18,080 bases of DNA from Candidatus Hermodarchaeota archaeon. GTDB taxonomy: Archaea; Asgardarchaeota; Lokiarchaeia; Sigyniarchaeales; SOKP01. The stretch spans positions 1 through 18,080 of the forward strand of contig JBHLLO010000062.1 of NCBI GenBank assembly GCA_048885535.1. Direction: 5' to 3'. A program made the position numbers and the translations under genes. Under the pieces are notes generated by a model that saw nothing but the letters and a program-made list of their open reading frames with translations, did no database searches and was not told the DNA's origin. Below are positions 1-7,132 of the stretch, in pieces (position 1 is the stretch's first letter; the number at the start of each line of letters is the position of its first letter).

Positions 1-229
1 GAACCTTTCCACTCTGAATTTCATCTTTTAAAAGAAACTTTAGAATTGCTTCAGCATGTTTTGTAATTTCTGGACCGATACCATCTCCTCCTGCTACTCC
101 AATTATAATTGGCTTTAATATAGAATAATCAATCCAGTCTGCACCCTTTTTCATTTCTTCGATTCGTTTCAGTTGTGCTTTTACAAGGTTTTCAAAATGT
201 TCTTTTGCTTTCTCAACTATATTTTCCAT
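1..229 (-). CDS. Isocitrate/isopropylmalate dehydrogenase family protein, N-terminal 76 aa only (runs off the window); probably isocitrate dehydrogenase
   Basis: Not in the ORF track. Manual translation from ATG at 229 gives MENIVEKAKEHFENLVKAQLKRIEEMKKGADWIDYSILKPIIIGVAGGDGIGPEITKHAEAILKFLLKDEIQSGKV. GDGIGPEI is the beta-decarboxylating dehydrogenase N-terminal signature, and a GAGG RBS lies upstream. Isocitrate specificity is inferred from the neighbouring acl/acn/fum genes. Confidence 0.85.
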   Translation of the reverse strand, partial: MENIVEKAKEHFENLVKAQLKRIEEMKKGADWIDYSILKPIIIGVAGGDGIGPEITKHAEAILKFLLKDEIQSGKV

Positions 230-301
230 TTTATAATTCCTCATTTTTTCAATTTTATTGACTTTTTTTTTAATTATTAGCATTTCTTAAAATTTATTAT
301 T

Positions 302-309
302 TTTATAAA
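302..309 (-). promoter_or_regulatory. Putative TATA box (TTTATAAA) for the dehydrogenase gene
   Basis: Lies ~73 nt upstream of ATG 229, just after a T8 tract (minus strand, 313-320) that follows the aclA stop. The AT-rich background lowers specificity. Confidence 0.35.
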
Positions 310-312
310 GTG

Positions 313-320
313 AAAAAAAA
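313..320 (-). terminator. Putative archaeal oligo-T terminator after aclA
   Basis: A8 on the + strand (T8 on -), ~30 nt downstream of the aclA stop. Confidence 0.3.
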
Positions 321-351
321 GTAATTTAAAAAATAGTGTTTATTACCACGT

Positions 352-2187
352 TTAACTTCCAAATAGTATTTCATCCCAAGGTTGACGATACAATCCTGCT
401 CGTTGGCGTTTTTGATCAAAAACATGTCCCATCATTCCAATACTTCGACCTAAGACAAATAGTCCATTTAACGCCTCACTATATATCACATCCTCGATTT
501 CCTCTGCTGTAAAATCTAAATTCTCGAGTAAATCAAGGAAACAAATTCCTATACATCCATCGACATTCAAGATTAAATTATTTCTCTTAGCTGTGGTTAA
601 TTTTTCTACTTCTAACGCAAAGTCAAGATGAGGGTGATTATTAAAGTTTTTAAACACAAAATCTTTTAACAATGAAACTCTTACATCAGGATTTTGAACG
701 GATTTAATCCTATGACCTATTCCGGGAATATTTATTTGTACTGTATTTTTCATGTAATCAACAAACTCATGGGGATTCATTTGTTTTTGTACGGCTTCCC
801 TTATATATTTTGCAGCATCAGATATGGCTCCTCCAAATCGAGGTCCAATTGTTAAAATCCCACTAGCGACAGCTGACATGAGATCCTTGCCAGCTCGAGC
901 TGTAATAATGGCATTATGAGCACCAGAGACTGCTGGACCATGATCAGCAGTCAACTTTATAACAATCTCAATGAACTGCTGTGCAAATTCAGGTAATTCT
1001 CTCTTAAACCAGAGTAATCCAATCACATAGCCAATTGATTTGTTCTCTTCAATAATTTTATCAAGGCCAACTCCCGCAAAAGTTGGAACGTCACCTCGAT
1101 CGTCTGAGATTGTCACTACTACATCTGAGGATCGTCTCACTAATCCCATCCTTATAGCTTCATTATAATCCATTGGTACTTTAGGTGGTTCAACTTCTTT
1201 TATGGGTTCAATTTTTCCTTCCTGCACTAACTTTTCAAAAGTTTCTTTTATTAACTTATCAAAATCTTCATACGATTCTGGAACAAGAGCTCCCATCTTT
1301 TTAAGTGCTTGGTTTTTAGCTTCAGCAGTTTCTTTATCACTGCCAGCCATAGCGCCTGCGTGGCCAAATTGGAGATCTTGTGGGAGTATTTTTGCCGCAG
1401 TACCGGTCACCCATATAACAAGCGGCTTTTTTATCTTCCCATTCTTCAATGCATCAACAATCTCATATTCTTCTGTCCCGCCAATTTCACCTAAACAGAC
1501 TAGCATTTTTATTTTCGGATTTGCTTCATATCGTAGAAGGTGATCGATCAATCGTGATCCTGGATATCGATCTCCCCCGATTGCAATTGATTCATAAATG
1601 CCGTCTGTATTTTGAGCAATCATAAAATTCATTTCATTGCTTAACCCACCAGATTTGGATACAAATCCTACTGAACCTGGGCGAAATAACTTTGATAGAA
1701 TAATATTTTCTAGCGTTCCGGCAGTGTTCCCAATTTTGAATGCACCGGCTTTAATTCCACCTACGGTTGCTGGGCCAATAATCACCTTCTTCCGTTCCTT
1801 AGCAATTTTGTTCAACAATTGACTCTGTCTTTCCGGGACACCTTCCGCTATTATTGTTACAACGCGAATCGAATTTGATTCAAGTGATTCTTTACTGATT
1901 TCGTATGCGGATCGAAAAGAGGCAAAATTTATCATAACATCCGCCGTAGGATGCTTTTTAATTGCCATGTTAAGTGTTTTATAAACAGGAATAACAATTT
2001 CTTTACTACCCCAAAAAGCTTTATGATAAGCCACAGCTGCTTCTTGAGTAGGTTGAATCATAGCAGCAACGCTTGGTATTTTCCGTCTACAAACATAATC
2101 AAAATCTAACATCCTTTGAACAGGAGCAGCTTGAAGTCCATAGATTATTGCTTGCGAATTTTCATCAAATAACTCATAACTTTCCAC
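352..2187 (-). CDS. aclA: ATP-citrate lyase alpha subunit (CoA-binding + phospho-His + citryl-CoA lyase domains)
   Basis: Succinyl-CoA-synthetase-alpha-like motifs IIGPATVGG, SKSGG and IGGDRYPG; catalytic phospho-His in QFGHAGA; C-terminal citrate-synthase-like domain with DHGPAVSGAHN, GIGHRIKS..NPD.RV and LILNVDG. The GTG start directly abuts the aclB TAA and has a GGTGAG RBS. Confidence 0.96.
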   Translation of the reverse strand: MESYELFDENSQAIIYGLQAAPVQRMLDFDYVCRRKIPSVAAMIQPTQEAAVAYHKAFWGSKEIVIPVYKTLNMAIKKHPTADVMINFASFRSAYEISKESLESNSIRVVTIIAEGVPERQSQLLNKIAKERKKVIIGPATVGGIKAGAFKIGNTAGTLENIILSKLFRPGSVGFVSKSGGLSNEMNFMIAQNTDGIYESIAIGGDRYPGSRLIDHLLRYEANPKIKMLVCLGEIGGTEEYEIVDALKNGKIKKPLVIWVTGTAAKILPQDLQFGHAGAMAGSDKETAEAKNQALKKMGALVPESYEDFDKLIKETFEKLVQEGKIEPIKEVEPPKVPMDYNEAIRMGLVRRSSDVVVTISDDRGDVPTFAGVGLDKIIEENKSIGYVIGLLWFKRELPEFAQQFIEIVIKLTADHGPAVSGAHNAIITARAGKDLMSAVASGILTIGPRFGGAISDAAKYIREAVQKQMNPHEFVDYMKNTVQINIPGIGHRIKSVQNPDVRVSLLKDFVFKNFNNHPHLDFALEVEKLTTAKRNNLILNVDGCIGICFLDLLENLDFTAEEIEDVIYSEALNGLFVLGRSIGMMGHVFDQKRQRAGLYRQPWDEILFGS

Positions 2188-3480
2188 TTATTTCTCACCT
2201 TTCATTTTCTCAATCATTCGAGATACAGGACGAGTCATACTGCTATAACGATCATAAATTTCAATAGGGATCCCGGTCTCGACTCCCACTTGTTTCATTA
2301 ACTCTAATCCCTGTTTTTCATTTGGTCCTCCTCTTCGAACTAGAATTTTTACATTCGCTTTCTTCAGTTTATCCACTGATTTCTTTATTGCGTTTACTAT
2401 TCCCCCGAAAGTTGCCTTTACATCAGTAAAGTTTGCAATTCCCCCTCCAATAATTAAATATTTTTCTTTACCCTCAGGATCTGGATATTCTGTAATGAGA
2501 TCAATTAAGGTTTGAGCATAGATTTCAGTATGCTCCTGGGATGGATTTCCTGAATATTCTCCATAATTTCCTAATTCATCTGAGAATCCGAGATCTGCAA
2601 TAGTATCTGTATATATCACTGAGGCTCCTCCACCAGCTACCATGGTCCATACATGCCCCTCTCGATTTAAAATTGTTAATTTAAGCGAAGCACCCGTTTT
2701 TTCATCAAGATCTTTAATTTTAATTTCTTCTGGACTCATGACTTGACCAAATCCCGCAGGGAACTCAATAGGATTACTTGGATTACCCCAAGTATCGGTA
2801 TGTAAAAATACAGCCGTATCATCTAGCCGTGCTTTCACATCTAATGGAACTATTCTCTTTTCTTTTGTTATCGCAAAAGGATTAATTTCTAAAAAAGCAA
2901 AATCTTGGTTGACAAATACTTGATAAACTCCTTTTATAAAAGGAATAATCACATTTTTGAGTTCTCCAAGTTGAGGAATTTTATTATCTAAATCAATCTT
3001 ATTGACATCAGTTCCGACAGGGATAGGGATATGAATAACCTTTTCCCAATTCTCCTCAACAAAGATACCCCCTTCGAAACTAAAATGGATTACATCATAA
3101 TCCCTTTCAGTAGTTATGGAAACGTAATATTCTTTTTCATGGGGGATAAATGGTTCAACTAATAAGCGTTTTAATTCTCCACGCACGTTTCCGATTTCAC
3201 AAACCTTATTTAAGTTGTTATAACAAAATTCCTTCATTTCGTCACAATTAGCATCTAATAAGATTAGGTTTGCTTTTCCCCGCTTCCCAAATAATTGATC
3301 TGGTTTTACTACAACTTTGTCTGTCATCAACCATGGGTTTTCAGTAATTGCCTTCTCTATATCTGTGTCACAATCGATTATAACCAATTTATTATGATAG
3401 TTAAATTCTGGATAATACTTCGGCAGCTGAGTTGCTAGAAGTTTTTTAGCGTCATATTCATAAATATTTTTTTGAGCCAC
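2188..3480 (-). CDS. aclB: ATP-citrate lyase beta subunit (ATP-grasp + citrate-binding domain)
   Basis: ACL-specific motifs KPDQLFGKRGK, FLEINP, SLKLTILN, WTMVAGGGASVIY, NYGEYSG.P, GGGIANFTDV and RRGGPN. GTG start with AGGAG RBS; adjacent to aclA. Confidence 0.96.
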   Translation of the reverse strand: MAQKNIYEYDAKKLLATQLPKYYPEFNYHNKLVIIDCDTDIEKAITENPWLMTDKVVVKPDQLFGKRGKANLILLDANCDEMKEFCYNNLNKVCEIGNVRGELKRLLVEPFIPHEKEYYVSITTERDYDVIHFSFEGGIFVEENWEKVIHIPIPVGTDVNKIDLDNKIPQLGELKNVIIPFIKGVYQVFVNQDFAFLEINPFAITKEKRIVPLDVKARLDDTAVFLHTDTWGNPSNPIEFPAGFGQVMSPEEIKIKDLDEKTGASLKLTILNREGHVWTMVAGGGASVIYTDTIADLGFSDELGNYGEYSGNPSQEHTEIYAQTLIDLITEYPDPEGKEKYLIIGGGIANFTDVKATFGGIVNAIKKSVDKLKKANVKILVRRGGPNEKQGLELMKQVGVETGIPIEIYDRYSSMTRPVSRMIEKMKGEK

Positions 3481-3543
3481 TTTTTTCTTTCTCCTAAATT
3501 TTAAGCATTATATTATGAAATATACTAATATGTGTAGAGTTAG

Positions 3544-3581
3544 TTTTTATAAAAATTTTTCCCACATCTCTTATATGGGAA
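3544..3581 (-). promoter_or_regulatory. Putative aclBA promoter: TATA box (3546-3553) with an upstream imperfect inverted repeat (3559-3581)
   Basis: On the minus strand GGGAAAAAT precedes TTTTATAAAAA. TTCCCACAT-N5-ATATGGGAA (8/9 complementary) lies immediately upstream. Confidence 0.45.
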
Positions 3582-3730
3582 GAAGTTCCCTTTTCATTGT
3601 AGAAAGTGTAAAACGCGTTTAAAATTTTAAAGATTTGAATAAAAAGAAAATAAAAGTTGGCTCAAAATAGTTTTTTGTAGAAAATAATAAATTTATTTAT
3701 AAGATTTTATGTCTAATATTAATGAGATAC

Positions 3731-4321
3731 TCACTTTCTTACAATATAATCTATTATACATGTACGTTCAGTATTATAGTACTTTCCTTTTAAGATATGT
3801 TTTTTCTCCTTATAAAGGATCTCAAATTTATCAAAAAACATATCTGGTTCATCATCATCATAATAACTATGCAGGTATTCTTCGTTTCCACGTTTATTAA
3901 TTACTTCGTTTTCGTTGAACCAAATATCATCTTTTGAGAGAAAGTTGAGATAACATAAGCCTCCTTTAGTCAATACACGGTATATTTCATTAATAGCTTG
4001 AGTTGTGTCATTTTTGCTTAGGTGAACCATAGAAAGGTAAGAGTATACATAACCAAAAAAGTTAGAGTCAAAAGGTATATTCCTCATATCTCCTTTAATT
4101 AAATTCAATTTTATATCATTTATTTTGCAAAACTCTTCTGTTTTCTTTATCTGTTCCTCAGAGATATCAATACCATATGCTTCAAAACCGTTTTCATAGA
4201 AAAAGGCAAGTTTAGGATTGGAACCTCCAGCACCACAATCCAATATTCTTTTAATAACAGGATTTGACTGAATAAACCTTAGAAAAACGTATAACGAGGA
4301 CGGATAGAATTTTTTAATCAT
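3731..4321 (-). CDS. Class I SAM-dependent methyltransferase
   Basis: Motif I ILDCGAGG, YGIDIS, GDMRNIPF...FGYVYS and EIYRVLTKGG. TTTATAAA at -22 to -29 suggests a leaderless mRNA. Confidence 0.9.
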   Translation of the reverse strand: MIKKFYPSSLYVFLRFIQSNPVIKRILDCGAGGSNPKLAFFYENGFEAYGIDISEEQIKKTEEFCKINDIKLNLIKGDMRNIPFDSNFFGYVYSYLSMVHLSKNDTTQAINEIYRVLTKGGLCYLNFLSKDDIWFNENEVINKRGNEEYLHSYYDDDEPDMFFDKFEILYKEKKHILKGKYYNTERTCIIDYIVRK

Positions 4322-4342
4322 TTTTAAAGAAATTTTGGGTGC

Positions 4343-4350
4343 TTTATAAA
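4343..4350 (-). promoter_or_regulatory. TATA box at leaderless spacing for the methyltransferase (within the divergent MTase/fumC intergenic region)
   Basis: TTTATAAA lies 22-29 nt upstream of ATG 4321, the canonical archaeal TATA-to-TSS distance. Confidence 0.45.
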
Positions 4351-4419
4351 ATTTGACTCGTATAAACTTTTTTTATGATTTCCTTCCTAATTACATTATT
4401 AGAAATTAAATTAAGTTAT

Positions 4420-5814
4420 GTGAGTAATTTGAATTTTCGAGTTGAAAAAGATGTTTTAGGTGAATTAGAAGTACCTATTGACGTGTATTGGGGTATTAAT
4501 ACTCAAAGAGCAATTCTAAATTTTCAAATTAGCGGAAAAACACTCCCCTCAATATTTATATTATCTTTAGCTGAATTAAAAAAAGCGTGTTTAATGGCGA
4601 TTATAGATTTAAAACTAATAGAACATAAGAAAGCTGATGCAATTCTTAAAGCATTAGATGAAATGCTAAATCAAAATAAATATTTGGATCAATTCCCAAT
4701 AGATGTGTTTCAAACGGGGAGTGGAACTCAAACTAATATGAATATGAATGAAGTGTTAGCAAATCGTGCTAATGAGATATTAGGTTATCCTTTAGGCAAA
4801 AAATCTCCAGTACATCCAAATGATGATGTTAATAAATGTCAATCATCTAATGATGTCATCCCTTCTGCTATGCATATTTCTACAATTCATATGATTCAAG
4901 ACAAACTTATTCCTTCCTTAGAAGATTTGAATAAAAACCTAGATATTAAGATAAAGGAGTTCAAAAACATAATAAAAGTAGGAAGAACTCATCTCCAAGA
5001 TGCTGTCCCAATTCCTTTATCCCTTGAATTTGAAGTATATAGGAAACAATTTGAAATTGCTCTCCAAAGATTAATCTATATGATCAATGAATTACTTTTT
5101 ATTCCCCTCGGAGGTACTGCTGTGGGTACTGGATTGAATGCTCATGAAAATTTTCCTAATTTAGCTGTTCAGCATCTTTCTAAAATTACAGGATTTAGGT
5201 TTAAGAATAATCCAGTAAAAGCTGAGGGTATTGCCTCACATAATACCATCACAACTACGAGTAGTATTCTCCGATCATTAGCCTTATCGTTATTGAAGAT
5301 GGCTAATGATATACGGTGGATGGGTAGCGGTCCCCGCGCAGGACTGTTAGAGTTGAGTTTACCTCAAAATGAACCAGGTTCTTCTATTATGCCTGGAAAA
5401 GTTAACCCCACTCAATCAGAAGCCCTTATCCAAGTATGCTTGCAAGTTATTGGAAATGATTTGACAATATCATTCACAGAGGGTTATGGAAGCATCTTGG
5501 ATTTAAATGTTTGCAAACCTTTAATGATTTACAATTTAATTGAATCAGTAGATATACTTAGTAATGCAATAAATTCTTTTATAAAACATTGTCTGATTAA
5601 AATTGAAGCAAATGAAAACCAAATTAATTCACAGTTAGAAAGAATGCTCATGGTAGTTACTAAGCTCACACCAATCTTGGGATATGATCAGTGCTCAACT
5701 ATAGCTCTGAAGGCATATAAAGAAGGGAAAACAATAAAACAAACTATTAAGGAGATGGGAATTAAGATTGAAGGGGATTTAGATGAATTACTAGATCCAA
5801 AAAAGATGATATAA
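4420..5814 (+). CDS. fumC: Fumarate hydratase class II
   Basis: YWGINTQRA, FQTGSGTQTNMNMNEV, HPNDDVNKCQSSND, KVGRTHLQDA, LGGTAVGTGLN and the signature GSSIMPGKVNPTQSEA. The track start is 4375, but the in-frame GTG at 4420 (VSNLNFRVEKD) matches the usual FumC N-terminus better. Aspartase is the less likely alternative. Confidence 0.9.
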   Translation: MSNLNFRVEKDVLGELEVPIDVYWGINTQRAILNFQISGKTLPSIFILSLAELKKACLMAIIDLKLIEHKKADAILKALDEMLNQNKYLDQFPIDVFQTGSGTQTNMNMNEVLANRANEILGYPLGKKSPVHPNDDVNKCQSSNDVIPSAMHISTIHMIQDKLIPSLEDLNKNLDIKIKEFKNIIKVGRTHLQDAVPIPLSLEFEVYRKQFEIALQRLIYMINELLFIPLGGTAVGTGLNAHENFPNLAVQHLSKITGFRFKNNPVKAEGIASHNTITTTSSILRSLALSLLKMANDIRWMGSGPRAGLLELSLPQNEPGSSIMPGKVNPTQSEALIQVCLQVIGNDLTISFTEGYGSILDLNVCKPLMIYNLIESVDILSNAINSFIKHCLIKIEANENQINSQLERMLMVVTKLTPILGYDQCSTIALKAYKEGKTIKQTIKEMGIKIEGDLDELLDPKKMI

Positions 5815-5866
5815 TTAAAAGGAGCAAAAATAATCTATTTTAACCGACCATAATAAATTTTAGTAT

Positions 5867-5875
5867 AAAAAAAAA
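5867..5875 (-). terminator. Putative oligo-T terminator in the convergent fumC / zinc-protein gap
   Basis: A9 on + (T9 on -), 8 nt after the stop of the 5884..6627 gene. Confidence 0.35.
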
Positions 5876-5883
5876 TATATTAA

Positions 5884-6627
5884 TTAATCTATTGTTGAAC
5901 CACAATTTTGACAAAACGTTTGATCTGCTCCCATAAGTTTCTCACCACATGTTGGGCAAAACGTCATTTTTTCGCGTGGAATAGGCTGTGGTTGAGCTGG
6001 TTGTGGTGCAGCAACTCCCTCTTTGGAGATTTCATTGTAAACCGTTGTCCAAATTTTGTGATAAGGTAATCTATTTCCGTGAGTTAGACAAGATAGTTTA
6101 ATCAAAGTCCAAGGTCCTGAGGATTTCACATGATCCACCGTAGATTCTTGTCCGCATTTAAAACATCGAAATATTGTATCCTGGAAATGGGAAATGCTAT
6201 GATCTTTTAACCTTATAGGAAGTCTAAGAAGTCTTCCTCCATGGATAGGACATTTCTGCTTTACTAGAATTTGATCTTTAGCAAGTTTTATAAGATAAAT
6301 AGCACCAATATTTCCACATTCAGGACAGGCGAACATTTTACTTACATCCAATTGAGACATTACGGCTAGTTTCTTTCTCCTCTCATAATTTCTTGGTAAT
6401 GTTATTAGAAAGACTATAATCAAAACTATTCCCACAATTATACATGTATAAGGGACTATCACAAAACCATAATCCCAAGATTCCCGTATGAAATAAACAT
6501 ATTCCCGTATGAAAAAGAAAAGAATTCCAAGAGTGATCAAAAACCCACTAGCTACCAGACCGAGTATTAAGTAGAGTGTTAAATTATTTTTATCTTTCAT
6601 TATTTCTTTCATTGAAATCACTTTCAA
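5884..6627 (-). CDS. Membrane-anchored multi-zinc-ribbon hypothetical protein (2 TM + 2x CxxC-x21-CxxH + C-terminal CxxC-x11-CxxC)
   Basis: Two hydrophobic stretches (~17-40 and ~55-78); C101/C104/C126/H129 and C155/C158/C180/H183; a Pro/Gln linker; FCPTCG...FCQNCG. The start may be TTG 6627 or ATG 6612/6600. Confidence 0.8.
   Translation of the reverse strand: MKVISMKEIMKDKNNLTLYLILGLVASGFLITLGILFFFIREYVYFIRESWDYGFVIVPYTCIIVGIVLIIVFLITLPRNYERRKKLAVMSQLDVSKMFACPECGNIGAIYLIKLAKDQILVKQKCPIHGGRLLRLPIRLKDHSISHFQDTIFRCFKCGQESTVDHVKSSGPWTLIKLSCLTHGNRLPYHKIWTTVYNEISKEGVAAPQPAQPQPIPREKMTFCPTCGEKLMGADQTFCQNCGSTID
6480..6514. repeat. 14-bp direct repeat ATTCCCGTATGAAA x2, 21-bp period, in frame (FIRE-YVY-FIRE)
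   Basis: Identical copies at 6480-6493 and 6501-6514. Confidence 0.8.
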
Positions 6628-6652
6628 TTATACTGAATTTTTTTTTCCTAAG

Positions 6653-6667
6653 TATTTAAATATTTCG
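6653..6667 (-). promoter_or_regulatory. Archaeal BRE-TATA promoter
   Basis: The minus strand reads CGAAATA-TTTAAATA, close to the BRE (cRnaAnt) + TTTAWATA consensus. The TATA is 26-33 nt upstream of TTG 6627. Confidence 0.6.
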
Positions 6668-6920
6668 AGTATATCAGAGAATAAATATTCCATTCCATTT
6701 AGAAAATCTAGCTGTTTAAAGGCATTCCTTTTATATGTTAAAACCAAGTTTAAAGAAGGAAAGTTGAAAGAATTTATCTATACTCAAGTAAAGCTAATAA
6801 GATACCTTTTCGAAATCTAAATATTATTTACCTTTATGAATTTAAAGTTGGAATGCAAGTAACATAAAACCTAAAATTCCAGACTAAAAGCTTCAAAATA
6901 TATAAGGCAATCGTCTTAGC

Positions 6921-7070
6921 CTATAACCTATTTTGATAACTTTGTTTTGAAGCCTTATGTATAGAACCCTTAGTTCCACATTTTTCACAAAAGTCTCTAA
7001 TCGTATGGGAAAATTCTCCACATTTAGCACAAATGAACGGGTATGTTTTCCTAAACAATTTTTTATCCAT
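6921..7070 (-). CDS. Small (49 aa) rubredoxin-like/zinc-ribbon protein, CxxC-x10-CxxC
   Basis: Not in the ORF track. Manual translation gives MDKKLFRKTYPFICAKCGEFSHTIRDFCEKCGTKGSIHKASKQSYQNRL*. It has two CxxCG knuckles, TTTATAAA at -23 to -30 (7093-7100) and AAGGG upstream. Confidence 0.75.
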   Translation of the reverse strand: MDKKLFRKTYPFICAKCGEFSHTIRDFCEKCGTKGSIHKASKQSYQNRL

Positions 7071-7132
7071 AATTACATTTCCCTTATCGTTTTTTATAAA
7101 GTATATTAAAATTTATTTATTGTTTAAATTAA

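Noticed and set aside
1202-2267. Short + strand ORFs 1202..1543, 1309..1494, 1637..1822 and 2073..2267
   Set aside because: Antisense shadows of aclA/aclB with no recognisable motifs or translation signals.
2929-2944. Perfect 16-bp palindrome TCCTTTTATAAAAGGA
   Set aside because: Inside aclB coding sequence (PFIKG), AT-rich and single-copy, so chance is sufficient. It also shows that TTTATAAA alone is weak promoter evidence.
3709-3900. 63-aa + strand ORF with an HHHH run
   Set aside because: Antisense to the methyltransferase 3' end; the His run mirrors its Asp codons (DDD).
6670-6870. Coding-looking fragments on + (…YVKTKFKEGKLKEFIYTQ… / …IPFRNLNIIYLYEFKVGMQVT*), a possible frameshifted gene remnant
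   Set aside because: No start codon or RBS and no family I can name with confidence. A blastx hit spanning both frames would be needed to call a pseudogene.
6834-6923. Possible TAG (pyrrolysine) readthrough extending the 49-aa microprotein by 28 further sense codons
   Set aside because: The extension has no motif, and there are no pyl genes or supporting structure in the window.
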